DNA of 64,000 nucleotides from the IMG/VR virus record IMGVR_UViG_3300025122_005623; one strand, 5' to 3'. This DNA is from an uncultured virus (IMG/VR IMGVR_UViG_3300025122_005623) (Duplodnaviria > Heunggongvirae > Uroviricota > Caudoviricetes). Below are positions 36,086 to 47,100 of the stretch, one piece after another (the stretch's first letter is position 1; every line of letters starts with the position of its first letter). The notes below the pieces were generated by a model. It worked only from the letters and a program-made list of their open reading frames with translations, made no database searches and had not been told where the DNA came from. Both the position numbers and the translations under genes were made by a program.

Positions 36086-37521
36086 TAAAGATCCAATTTA
36101 AGTTTAAAAGTAAGTTCTCTTTCTTCTATCTTTTTAACGGGCTTCGCCAGTTTGGCAATGGCAATTAAATTTCGCTCGTCGTCATATATCCCAATTTGTG
36201 AAATATATGTGGTTTTCATAAAACTTCCTGTAGGGTCATTATACGATGAACTCACTGTATTTTTAATCTCTATTTTATCATATTCATAATATCCAGTTGA
36301 GCCAGTGCTGGCTATCTGCGCCGAGCCTGACTTAATATAAGTGGGATTGTTAGAATGGTTAAGTTGGTTCTTGGGTGCGTGTGCAAACATAGTCACGGAC
36401 TGATTCTTGGTAGTTCCCTTAAAATCTAGTATAAAATTTGAATGGGGACACGGGATGGTCTCGATGATACCGGCTGGATAAGTTGGAGAGTAGTAGTTCG
36501 GGCCAACCGTTGGAAGGGACTGCGCAAAGTAAATCCATTTTGGGACCTTAAGGGCCCCATCACCAAGATAATCATCCCGTTGGAGGCTGTTGTTCGTCCC
36601 ATTAAGGCTCCAGCTTCCTGTCAAAACCAAAAATCCTTCATTATAAAGCACCACGCCGGCAACGCTGCCCGAGTAGGGGCTCCCGGCGGGGCCGACCTGA
36701 ATTAGTTCACCGTTTTTATTGATATCCTGTAGCTCTCCTAACAAAGTGCCAGTAACATAAAATTTCAATGATAAAGACCCTTGCTTAATGGCTGATCCAT
36801 AAAAAATAGATGGAATAGATACTAGTCCCACTGAAACGGCGGTGCCGCAGGGTATGTTCTCCGCCAGGGTCGTTCCCGTGTTGCTGCGTGGGCAGCCCAA
36901 ATCACGTAGACTGCTACTAAATTCATAGTGAGGGCTTAAGTATCTATAGTAATTCATGGTGTTTTTCAAAGCATACAAGTGAGAAACATATCCACTAAAA
37001 GCAGTGGTAAAACCACTAGGATCGGTCGCGTCTGACTGGACATCCTCCCGAATGTACCTCGAGGTACCGGCTGCATAGTACTCTTTCGATATAGAAGCGG
37101 AGAGTGGATAAGTTGTGGATATTATGTCGCCGGGTTGGCCGGCATTAAAATCTTTTGTAGAGATCGTTCGAAAATTGATCCTAGTGCCATCTTTTACAAG
37201 AAAGGGTCTTATAAGCGGATTGGGGCCCGCATAGGCAGTCTCGGGTGCAAATTTATTTATTACAGCATTTGCAAAAGGATCCGCGGTGTCGGACAAGCCG
37301 GTTCCTATAATCCCATCCGAACCGCTCCGGTCAACATTCAATTCGTACAGAGAAATATATCCAGAAGGAATATCTAAAATACTTCCCGTAAAGGCGCCAC
37401 TCAATGGAATTCGCGCGTTATAAGATGCGGTATTATTATATATATAAAACCGATTTGTAGGATTAGAGGTTATCGTGCTATAAAGCAGATCATTCTCTTC
37501 AAATTTAAAGATATGAGACAT
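36085..37521 (-). CDS. Baseplate/tail-collar-associated virion protein
   Basis: C-terminal TYISQIGIYDDERNLIAIAKLAKPVKK; paralog of the 367-aa neighbour. Confidence 0.6.
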   Translation of the reverse strand: MSHIFKFEENDLLYSTITSNPTNRFYIYNNTASYNARIPLSGAFTGSILDIPSGYISLYELNVDRSGSDGIIGTGLSDTADPFANAVINKFAPETAYAGPNPLIRPFLVKDGTRINFRTISTKDFNAGQPGDIISTTYPLSASISKEYYAAGTSRYIREDVQSDATDPSGFTTAFSGYVSHLYALKNTMNYYRYLSPHYEFSSSLRDLGCPRSNTGTTLAENIPCGTAVSVGLVSIPSIFYGSAIKQGSLSLKFYVTGTLLGELQDINKNGELIQVGPAGSPYSGSVAGVVLYNEGFLVLTGSWSLNGTNNSLQRDDYLGDGALKVPKWIYFAQSLPTVGPNYYSPTYPAGIIETIPCPHSNFILDFKGTTKNQSVTMFAHAPKNQLNHSNNPTYIKSGSAQIASTGSTGYYEYDKIEIKNTVSSSYNDPTGSFMKTTYISQIGIYDDERNLIAIAKLAKPVKKIEERELTFKLKLDL

Positions 37522-37552
37522 TAATAAACTACCCTTTAGTAACTAGTTTAAA

Positions 37553-38656
37553 TTAAGTATCTATTCGTACACGAAGAGTTAATTCCATATTAGGGTCTTT
37601 TTTCATTGGTTCCGATAGTTTTGCCACGGCGAGAAGCTCGGTGTTGGCCGAGTACAATCCTACTGTAGTGACATAGGAAAGAGGCATATCAGATTTAAAA
37701 TTCTTTACTCGAATCTCGCTTCTTCCGAGAGCACCGCTTAAATATGTTTGATTGGCCGAATAATTAAATTCATTATTATTAGCCCGACAGAAATAAATGG
37801 TTGAATTAAGTTCAGTAGTATTGTTAAAAGAAATATTTTTAAGGCGGTTTCGTAAACCGTCACAAGAGCCCGTAATGCTAGAACCAGTTAAAGATTCGTC
37901 GATCGTTCGTTTGGCCGCGCCGGGGCGCAATCCAAAATAGTCGTCAATTGATGAAGGTAACAAGCCATCATCGTTTCCCTTAAATATGCTAGCCGTGAGC
38001 ACAATAATTCCCGCCTGATAATAAATCAAACCTGCGGGAATATCACTAGTGGCGGCGCTGGGGCCAGTAGAATCGGCAGAGCCACTATATAGAAGTCCAT
38101 ATTCTCCTGCTGGTGAATTGACTTTATATGCATTAAGCCCATCGAGGTCTTGAATTAAAAGAGAGCCCGTTGGGTGGACAGCTGAGCCGCCGACAACACT
38201 TCCTGTATAAACAGTCAATGAAAAACTTTGCTTTTTAATCTCATCTTTCATCAAGAGTCTAGAAAAATTGATAAAAAGAGCCTCTTTTATCTTTGTCCCT
38301 ACAGACAAATCTCCATCTTGATCAAACTCGCGGATACTACCGGTTTGATCAAAGCCGACCAAAATCTGTGCCATCTCGGTGTATATATTAATTTTTTTGG
38401 CGTTTTGTTCGTGCGTAGAAGATGACAAAGAAGAGTCGGAAGAGTAGCCCACTGTTAAATCGAAAATGTGATTAGCAGAAGAGCTTAAATAGGGATAATC
38501 AAAAACCCCTTCGAACATCCCATGGGCATACGTTTTAATGTTCTCATCATTATAGGTCCCGGAAACAATAGTACCCGTAAGAGGAATTGCTTCATGTAAT
38601 AATGTCTGTGTAGAGACTATGTCGTTGTTTAGAAAAGTTTTATATGTGGAAGCCAT
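37553..38656 (-). CDS. Baseplate/tail-collar-associated virion protein
   Basis: C-terminal FNYSAN.TY and YVTTVGLYSANTELLAVAKLSEPMKK. Confidence 0.6.
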   Translation of the reverse strand: MASTYKTFLNNDIVSTQTLLHEAIPLTGTIVSGTYNDENIKTYAHGMFEGVFDYPYLSSSANHIFDLTVGYSSDSSLSSSTHEQNAKKINIYTEMAQILVGFDQTGSIREFDQDGDLSVGTKIKEALFINFSRLLMKDEIKKQSFSLTVYTGSVVGGSAVHPTGSLLIQDLDGLNAYKVNSPAGEYGLLYSGSADSTGPSAATSDIPAGLIYYQAGIIVLTASIFKGNDDGLLPSSIDDYFGLRPGAAKRTIDESLTGSSITGSCDGLRNRLKNISFNNTTELNSTIYFCRANNNEFNYSANQTYLSGALGRSEIRVKNFKSDMPLSYVTTVGLYSANTELLAVAKLSEPMKKDPNMELTLRVRIDT

Positions 38657-38670
38657 CTTCTATTCTATCC

Positions 38671-39603
38671 TTAACTGCTGATATCTTTGACAAATCTAAT
38701 AGGTATATCTATTCGACAGCCGGTATTTTGACCTATGACGGCAACGGTAGAGTCTATAAATTTCCAGTTGCCCGACGTGAGGGAGCCAATATCATAAGTT
38801 CCTGTTGATCCGAGAACAGTAAATAAATAATTATTCGTTCTTAGACTCGTAGTCGCAGCAATTTTAAATTGTAATAAGGTCCCGCGGGGGCCGCGGAGGT
38901 TCGAGGAGACGCCAGCGCCGAGGGGCAGAATATATGCATTATCTGCACCCAAAGATAAAATATAGGAAGCTATGTCATCATCATCAATAAAACTCTCACT
39001 AGCAGCTGCGGCCGGGCTGGTCAGCGACACAAGCCTCCCAAGACGACTATCGAGTTGTATCATATATGAGGTTTCTTTCAAGTCGTCGTCTAAGCCCTCA
39101 ATAGGAGATATGCTAGTAGCATCTAATCCCTGATCTACTCGACAATGATTATCCCCGAACCCGGGCTGCCATCCGTTCCAAATACCAGAACCCAATACCG
39201 CGGTCGCGGCATCGCTGACAGCGGCAACAGATTTAATTGTAGTTTCATCAACTAATATCTCAAAAGAATTTGAGTTACTAGACAGAAGCATAGCGCTCCC
39301 ATCGAAGAGATCTAATATGGGAAGATATAAATGATCATTTCTGGAAATAGTTAGCAGATGCGATTTCATCGATGAGGCATTATTGGTAAAAGCCTCTAAA
39401 ACAGGAGTTTGTAAAATATCTAAATCGTAATATGCACTTCCGCTTACATGGTTTTTTTGATATAATTCATAATTTATCTCATCATCGCCCAAAGCAAACT
39501 TCACAACTTTAAAACTTCCATCTCCTTTGGCGATAAGCACGCGACCAAAATCGGTCAAAACAGCGTCTAAAATAATATCTCCTGAGTTATCTAAAAATGC
39601 CAT
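38671..39603 (-). CDS. Virion structural protein with a tail-collar-like N-terminus
   Basis: DAVLTDFGRVLIAKG...KFALGDDEINY. Confidence 0.6.
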   Translation of the reverse strand: MAFLDNSGDIILDAVLTDFGRVLIAKGDGSFKVVKFALGDDEINYELYQKNHVSGSAYYDLDILQTPVLEAFTNNASSMKSHLLTISRNDHLYLPILDLFDGSAMLLSSNSNSFEILVDETTIKSVAAVSDAATAVLGSGIWNGWQPGFGDNHCRVDQGLDATSISPIEGLDDDLKETSYMIQLDSRLGRLVSLTSPAAAASESFIDDDDIASYILSLGADNAYILPLGAGVSSNLRGPRGTLLQFKIAATTSLRTNNYLFTVLGSTGTYDIGSLTSGNWKFIDSTVAVIGQNTGCRIDIPIRFVKDISS

Positions 39604-39657
39604 ATGATTAATCCTTCTCCTTAATTAGTCTTGAATATTAAATAGTTCCCATTGTTA

Positions 39658-42600
39658 TTAATCGGATTCATAGGGATTTTCCGTTTTATGCGAAATAAAA
39701 TTCAAATTTAAATCTATTTTCTTCCCCGTTTGTTTAGAAGTTAAACGAATCTTAAATGTTTTATCTGGGCCTGGGGTGACACTATTCTCATAGGTGGTCC
39801 ATATACCCTCACCATTGGGGCCTGGTGACATGTCCGGAATTCCGGTAGGATTTTCTAAAGCTGCAGACGTAAGCCCGTCTGTATTTATTAGGGTTTGAGC
39901 TAGTGCAGCGCCTACGTGCAAGAACTGGCGTACGGGCTTTTGAAGAGGCTTTTTTTCTCCTCTCGTTTGTACTAGGTGGGTAGTAATGGCCGGATATATG
40001 AGTCCATGATTATCGACCATTTGAACCTTATACACTGGGCCCGGTGGTGAAATCTGATCGTGAGTGTCGATGGACCTAAATGTATAATAATAATTAGTAT
40101 TGGGTAATATAATATCATCATACGATTGTGCAGTAGCCCTCCCGATGGCGGATCCGCTAGTTTCTATCGTAGCGTGTAAATTATTTTCAAAATCCCTATA
40201 GGACTCAGGTGGCCTGTCCAGCCGATAAACTTGATAGGCCGCAGGATAATCATCTGTGCCAAACACCAAGGGGGATCCCTGGTATTGGGCAAAGGCGGCT
40301 ACGATATCCGCCATGCTGGCGCCGCCAGTGAGGAGAGCATATAACGTTTCCCATTCGTGGCCGGTCGTTCGGCCTTGAGAAATCGCATATTCTCTATATT
40401 CCCCCGCATCCATAATATTTATAGATTCCGGCATCATCGCGTATTTAAAATTCTGATTATTAAGAATAATGCGCATTCTATTATTATACCCACGGAATGG
40501 AAAAAATTTCACTGACGGGAAAATAGGAGGAATATCTCCCACTTGAATCGTATTATATTCCCAGTAAGGTACCTCAAATATTTTAATGGAGGGAGCGCTG
40601 TGCACTTGTGCGGTGGCTTTCCCTTCTTTGCTTGAGTCCCAATAAGTCTGGGGGGACCTGCCATGGTCGCCGGTCGCCCACAAAATCTTGAAATTTCCTT
40701 TGTTTTTCCACCGCTCCCACTTTATTGTATCTGTAATATTGGCGATGATTTCTAACAGATCGCCGGTTGGCTCCCCTGTGGTGTTCTCGGTGAGTTCGGG
40801 GGGGGGTGGCACCCCGAAGCCCTGGCCCTCGACCCACTCAATGTCGGTGCTCAAATGCGGTGTCAAGCTCGTCAAAATTCTCCATGCATCCCAGTAACTC
40901 ATATAGCGGCTTCTCGCGTCCTGGTCGGCCGGCTCGACGCCGCCGGGGGCCATTGCAATTACATCTTGTGTTGTTCTTATCTCAAAACGGCCGGAGTGGG
41001 TAGCGATATTGTCTGCGCTCTCGCCGGACGGAGTAAAGGCTGCTCCTGTCCCAGTACCCAGAACAAATCGTACTCGGTATCTAAGTTCGAGCTGTGCATT
41101 TAAAGAATTTTCAATTGCTTGAGCTAATTGATGAACCCCAATAGAATTTGAGAAGATGCTCAGCGTCGTTCCCCATTCAGATATCGCGCGCGCCGGGTGG
41201 GGCAAGAACATGGTCGCCGCGAGCACGGACTGGACCGGAATCCCCACTGCAACTGCGTCTCTTTCCGTATAGGTGGCGCCGTCGACGTCGTAGGCATCGG
41301 CTATTTTTTCTCGTACATCTAGCATAAAAGGATATAGAAGTTCGCCGCCGGCCGCGGTCGACGCTTCGAGCGGTTGATTGTCAAACTCATCAGGTTGATA
41401 TTCAATAAAACTGTTGGCTTCAGAAGTCATGACCTGGCCGCTCCGCTCCGACAAGTTCGGTGCAATTCTAAGCTGGTTCTGGCCGAGCGCGTGGCCTGAC
41501 CACGTACCGTCATTGGCCGAGGGGTTTCCGACTCCTCCCATCTGGGTGGAGACGCCGTTGAAGAGTTTGCCCAATCGATTGGGCCAGGGGCTGTAGGGGC
41601 CCGGGCTTGGTGGCCACATCTGACGATTTCTATAATTATATTGATTCCCCACAACAAGATTATAAGCATGCACCCTATATTTGTATTTTTGGCCAAATTT
41701 TACCTGGGTATCTATATACTCAATCTTATCTAAATCTTGGGGGTTAGAAAAATAAGTATTTTGTATTGGATCGGCATCAACAATTTCGGCGCCGTTTGCA
41801 TCAATACTCACTTTGTGCTTTGCTAGCCTGAACGCAATAGTTTCACAATACGCCTTGTCTCCCCTCATCATCTCTCTAAAGTTTCGACAGCGGGCGGTGT
41901 CCGGGGTGAGGGCTAAAACACCCGGAAGCCGTTGGCTTGGGACGGTCAAAGCATCATACCAGGCCTCTACAAACCTCTGCCACACATAAGAAGGACTGAA
42001 GGTGGTGTGATGCGAGGAGACGAAATTTATATTATCTAAAGTAGCCGCGGAGATCTCCATGCCGGTCGCGGTGGAATGGGGATTTTCATTAATTTTGTTT
42101 CCTATTATAATTCCCTTGTTATCGATAATAAAACCGCCACTTTGCTTATTGTTTTGTCCTAAGCGCCCAAAACTCCAAAAATTAGGATCGGTTGGAGCGA
42201 GGCCCCAGCCGATCCCATTATAGCCCGGGCTGAGGACGGTGAGGCCTGTGTCGCTACCGTGGGCTCCCAGGGTACCCGCCGCGTAGCTTGGGGGTGGCCA
42301 ATTTTCTACTTGAATGTTGTTAGGGCTTAAGATATCGAGTACTACATCAAGAACTTTTGCTGGGTAAGGGCCTCGGTCGCCTCCGCCATCATTAAATTGT
42401 TCCGACACGTAGGCGGTCGCGTCGCCGCTGCCAAACCCTCGATACTCAAGGGGCGTCGCGGCGTCAGAAGTATCATCAACGGTTTTAGACACAAAGTCGT
42501 ACTTTTGAAATCCACGGAGACCGGGGATCCCCTGGTTCAGATTAGAATTTTCTAGTATTTTTGCTTTCATAATTTCATACAACATAAAATCATAGCCACC

Positions 42601-44163
42601 AGCGGTGGTCGGGTCGATACCCCCCGGGTTCATGCGCTCCAAAACAAGATCTCGAAATACTGTATTGTTGGGGGTTGCATTGATATTAAATGCAAGATCG
42701 ATCTGGAAGGGATAGGGCTTGCTAGGCGACTCGGCGCCGAAGGTGCTCGGATCGTCGAGGCCTCTTAATCTGGTATTCCAATTCGAATACCGAGAAGACG
42801 GGGCCCGCATAAGGTGATAGGAAATGCCCACATGCTCAAGCATATCTTTCTTGTCGCTAGAGGCGGGGCTTGCATTTAGTTCGGCCGGACTTAAAGAAGT
42901 CAAATAACCTAAATAATCTCTACTCCCTGCAGCGGCGGCGCCGGCTGACGTCGGATAGGCGCGGCCATCAATACATAATTGTGTAGGTGGCAACGTAAAT
43001 GTCGGACCCAGCGATAGGTCGCTAGCATAAGTCATTCTATCAGAAATTATATCATACGTGTTAAGCACATCCGGTTGTGCTAGCCAGCCACTAGTGCCAA
43101 GGTAGGCGTATGGACTAGTGGGCAATTCCTGTTTTAGAAAATAGAATAATTCTGTATAAGCATGGGGAAGGTCTGACTCTTGTATATTATTATCCTTCGT
43201 CCAGGCTTCATAGCCGGGGTCATAGTAGTTATAATCTGAAGTAATATTAAAGTTAGTAGCTGGATCATCGTAAGGTATATTAAATTCGTGAGCGTGATCA
43301 AAAAATCCTTTTTCTATATTCGTGAAGTCGGCCTCGCGGCGCAGAATCCCATAAAAAACATAGGTGCCGGCGATGGAGGTGTACGTGGGCCCGGTTGCGC
43401 CCGGACCGGGGTCGCCGCTCCCTGCTATATACAGGCGCCAATTTTTCATAGTAGGAAGACCTAAAAGTTTCTGGCGGTCCGGGTCGAAGCTGGCTGCCCA
43501 TGGAGGATCCGCCAAGTCGTTAAAGACTTCTTCATCGGCCGTCAGTTCGATAGTTTCTAACCACGATAAAGCGGCGGCGTAGCCATCGGCGGAGCCGGGG
43601 ATATTCACAGCTAGCGGGCCGGCCGAGGTACCGATCGACAGCATCGATATATCAGTTGGAGTTCCGAATAGCATGGGGAGTGCTGACCCTGGAGGGGCCC
43701 CGGGGAGTGGCGCGCTCAAGTTGCCAAAGTGATTAAGCTGCTCGTATATATTAGAGGGTTTTACAAAACCATAGATATCCCCGACCCCGGTCGGACCCTG
43801 CATGCCCGCCGTTCCCACCTCTCCGACCACTTCTGGCCAGTTGTTTATTTTACGAATATTACTCGGGACCATAAACTCAGGCTCAGCGTTTTTCTCTTGG
43901 CCATCGGCGCCATATGGGTCATCGATTCGTAAAAAAGTCCAGTTACTCCAGTTGGGCGCGCTCGTGCCGGCCTCAAAGCTATAATACCTTCCCATAGAGA
44001 ATCGCCACCGATCGACCCGGCTGGGCACGCCGCCCCAGTCTGCTGCAAACGATGGGTGGCCGGCGAAGCGCTGGTCCCCCGGTCCGGTGTACTGGCTACT
44101 CCTGTTGCCCCTTGGTCTACCAAGCAGGTAGTGTTTGTCCACAAGTAAAACGGTTTTTGACAT
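39658..44163 (-). CDS. Large virion-associated protein with FN3-like segments
   Basis: 1501 aa; YIDTQVKFGQKYKYRVHAY and YDDIILPNTNYYYTFRSID resemble FN3 strands. Confidence 0.55.
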   Translation of the reverse strand: MSKTVLLVDKHYLLGRPRGNRSSQYTGPGDQRFAGHPSFAADWGGVPSRVDRWRFSMGRYYSFEAGTSAPNWSNWTFLRIDDPYGADGQEKNAEPEFMVPSNIRKINNWPEVVGEVGTAGMQGPTGVGDIYGFVKPSNIYEQLNHFGNLSAPLPGAPPGSALPMLFGTPTDISMLSIGTSAGPLAVNIPGSADGYAAALSWLETIELTADEEVFNDLADPPWAASFDPDRQKLLGLPTMKNWRLYIAGSGDPGPGATGPTYTSIAGTYVFYGILRREADFTNIEKGFFDHAHEFNIPYDDPATNFNITSDYNYYDPGYEAWTKDNNIQESDLPHAYTELFYFLKQELPTSPYAYLGTSGWLAQPDVLNTYDIISDRMTYASDLSLGPTFTLPPTQLCIDGRAYPTSAGAAAAGSRDYLGYLTSLSPAELNASPASSDKKDMLEHVGISYHLMRAPSSRYSNWNTRLRGLDDPSTFGAESPSKPYPFQIDLAFNINATPNNTVFRDLVLERMNPGGIDPTTAGGYDFMLYEIMKAKILENSNLNQGIPGLRGFQKYDFVSKTVDDTSDAATPLEYRGFGSGDATAYVSEQFNDGGGDRGPYPAKVLDVVLDILSPNNIQVENWPPPSYAAGTLGAHGSDTGLTVLSPGYNGIGWGLAPTDPNFWSFGRLGQNNKQSGGFIIDNKGIIIGNKINENPHSTATGMEISAATLDNINFVSSHHTTFSPSYVWQRFVEAWYDALTVPSQRLPGVLALTPDTARCRNFREMMRGDKAYCETIAFRLAKHKVSIDANGAEIVDADPIQNTYFSNPQDLDKIEYIDTQVKFGQKYKYRVHAYNLVVGNQYNYRNRQMWPPSPGPYSPWPNRLGKLFNGVSTQMGGVGNPSANDGTWSGHALGQNQLRIAPNLSERSGQVMTSEANSFIEYQPDEFDNQPLEASTAAGGELLYPFMLDVREKIADAYDVDGATYTERDAVAVGIPVQSVLAATMFLPHPARAISEWGTTLSIFSNSIGVHQLAQAIENSLNAQLELRYRVRFVLGTGTGAAFTPSGESADNIATHSGRFEIRTTQDVIAMAPGGVEPADQDARSRYMSYWDAWRILTSLTPHLSTDIEWVEGQGFGVPPPPELTENTTGEPTGDLLEIIANITDTIKWERWKNKGNFKILWATGDHGRSPQTYWDSSKEGKATAQVHSAPSIKIFEVPYWEYNTIQVGDIPPIFPSVKFFPFRGYNNRMRIILNNQNFKYAMMPESINIMDAGEYREYAISQGRTTGHEWETLYALLTGGASMADIVAAFAQYQGSPLVFGTDDYPAAYQVYRLDRPPESYRDFENNLHATIETSGSAIGRATAQSYDDIILPNTNYYYTFRSIDTHDQISPPGPVYKVQMVDNHGLIYPAITTHLVQTRGEKKPLQKPVRQFLHVGAALAQTLINTDGLTSAALENPTGIPDMSPGPNGEGIWTTYENSVTPGPDKTFKIRLTSKQTGKKIDLNLNFISHKTENPYESD

Positions 44164-44170
44164 TTTTTAT

Positions 44171-47100
44171 CTAGTAGCCGGCTGTGCCGCCTCCTCCTCC
44201 CGTAGTGGTGGCAGTCGTCGTAGCTGTAGTGGTCGAAGCTTGAGGAAGTGCATGGATATGGGGAGGCCAGCCCACCGATGGATCGATTGATGTACTCTGT
44301 CCGGACTGGACGATGCCAGCGATAATTTGATGCGTATGGCATACGTTAGGATGCGCCGGAACGCATGCCTCTTTGGCGATGCCATTTCCATTTTGATCAA
44401 TAATATATTCATGATAATGTTGATCACTATAAGTTGTTCGGCCGGCCAATTGTGCAAATGTTTTCATTGCGCCCGAAGAAGTTCTAAGAAGATTCGTATA
44501 TCGACTTGTCATGCGCTTACTTGAATCATAGCTATTAGCAAATTGTGCTATAGCCATATCTAGATCTTGTTCTATAGATTGTGCGCCGGAAGTCTGATGT
44601 ATCGGCATTGATAAAAGAGCGAGGCCCGCCGATTCCGTCGGAGGAAGCCTCGAAGGAAGCGATCCTAAAATAAACAACTCATTATATAATGGGGCTTTTA
44701 TACCATTAAAGGCCCAGTAAGTTGTTCGCCGGCGTGTACGGCACAACAAAGAGGTTGCAGCACTTTGCATGCCTCTTAAAATATTTTTTGTAAGAAGTTT
44801 CCACACGGGCCTTTTCATTAAGCTTCCTCCAGGGCCCGACAGATAGCCGCTAAGATATTCTATACCATATATAAACCCATATTTAATCGCTATTGAAGGC
44901 ATATCTTCGGGTCTAAGTTGTTCGTCTAAAGCTTTAGTAACAAACTCTGCTTCAATGGAAGAAACTGAATTTTTTGGAGCCTTGGCCATAGAAGTTTTAT
45001 AGCCATTAAGAGTTAGATTTTGATTTTTCAAATAATTGCCATTAAAAGATTTAGACTTCTGCGTGCCGTCGTTCCCAAACCCATTAAAATAATCCGCTTC
45101 TATCAAATAAGAAGCTATATAGGAATCATTAGCCTGAAGGTACTTTGCAATTTTAGTACCAGTGCCGGTTGTTCCTTTAAATTTCATACTATTATTTTGC
45201 TGTTTTTGCTCCGTAGTTCCCCGGCCCCCATCATCACCATAAACTTGGCCCTCGTCGACATACGCTCTTCTATAGCGGACAGCAGTAGAAATATCCATAG
45301 GAGGAATAGAGCAGTCGCTGACAAACATTGGCAACTCTTCCTGCTCATCATCATCCAAAGTTAATATTTGTGAAGTACAATTATTTAAATGCATCACGTT
45401 TAGTTGGTTATTAATGATGATATTATCTATTAGCGGTAAATCGTTTGCCCCGGGTGCGGTCGCCGGAGGTGTATACAAAGCACCAAAATTCAGAGGAGAT
45501 CTTTTCTGTGCTTGGGCGCCCAATAATACACTTAAGACGAACTTCGTATTACGTTTCGTTTCGGCATCTTCTTTGTAGACTTGATAAGGCGCGGTAGGAA
45601 CTTTAAAATAATTAGGTGTTAAGAATAGTCCCTGCATAGTTGTATTGTTTGTTTTTCTTTCTTGGTTATTAACAAGGGCGTTCATATAACCAAACGATAT
45701 ATGTTTCAAATTTAGACCCATTCCCGAAGGGGCGGCATCGGAAATAATTCCTGGTTCCAAAGAAAGAAGATCAAATCCATAGTCAAGTAATTCGTCCGCA
45801 TTAAAAGGGATTTTAAAAGCCTTCTCAATAGTAAAAATAGGATTTTTTGTATCAAACAAAGCGTTCTGAGTACCTTCTGCGCTCGGGCCGGAGCAGCCGC
45901 CAGGCCGCGTAGGTGGTTTAATTTTTAAAATATGGGTCATCTTAGAACTAAAATTGTCTAAAAGCTTTATAAGACGTTCTAATCCCGAGGGGCCTGAATA
46001 AATCGGATTTACCGTCGCCTCCAAACTTTGAACAAAGCCTTCGGATATCGCCCCTGCACCCATTATCACGTGCAATAGCTGGATATATCGTTCCATTGCC
46101 ACTTGCCATGGCCGCTCTTCTGAAGAAAGTGACATCAATTTAGCATTATAATTACTAGTATACCGGCCCGAAAAAACACCGATCCTGCAACAGCCAGATC
46201 CAAAATTTCCGGGTTGTAGCGATGTACGTAAAAAGTTCTTTAGCTCCACCAAAGCTGTGTTTAAAAATTGCAAACCCATCACTAATAACTCACTACTTCG
46301 ATCTAGTATTTCTATTTCAACGCCATATTCATAGAGGCCATATGTCTTCTCGTCCATCTCCAAGTCGGATCCCAGAAAGCTAATTACGCCTGGCTTTTGT
46401 TTAAATATATTTACCTGAGAAAGATTGGCATTTACCACATCTACCTTTTGGTCATAAAACTGATTTGGAACGCCGCCGCCTGTTAGTCTACTATGAGCCA
46501 GAGGCCGATTCAATCTTCTTCGCAATATTTTTACAGACAAAATATTACATGTTCCTAGAAGATCTGAGGGGTTTTTGTATAGGGATGCAAACCTGGCATT
46601 ATTTCTTATAGCGCTTAAGAAATCAAAAGAGAAATAAAAATTTAATTGATTATCGTTATTTATCGAATAATCAATATTTGATAGGGTGCCTTGGGCTCCT
46701 TTTTTAAACTCTTGTATCTGCTGAATAGCTTTATTTTGAATGTCTTCAAAATTAAAATTCTTTTGAATTTCATTGGTGCTTCTCAAATCATTGATAGTGA
46801 TGTTGGGAATTTTTACAGCAATCAAAGGTTGGGCCGTCAGAGATGCGTGCTTGTGCGTGTACCAAGCCCCCCCCGGAGACTGATGGACCGGTCCGACATA
46901 CAGAGAAGAATTAGTGGCCGCAGGAGGGCCGGTATAAAAAAGTGTAGACTGGGTTGCTGTCGAAGAGTTTCTAATTATAAGCTCGGAAGTTAGCTTCCCA
47001 TAATAACCTATGAAGTCAAGCGGTATCTCTGTGTCGATCCCCGCATATGTAGGGTAATAAGGGAAAGCAAAAAGCGACAAATAACTAGGATTAACCTCGC

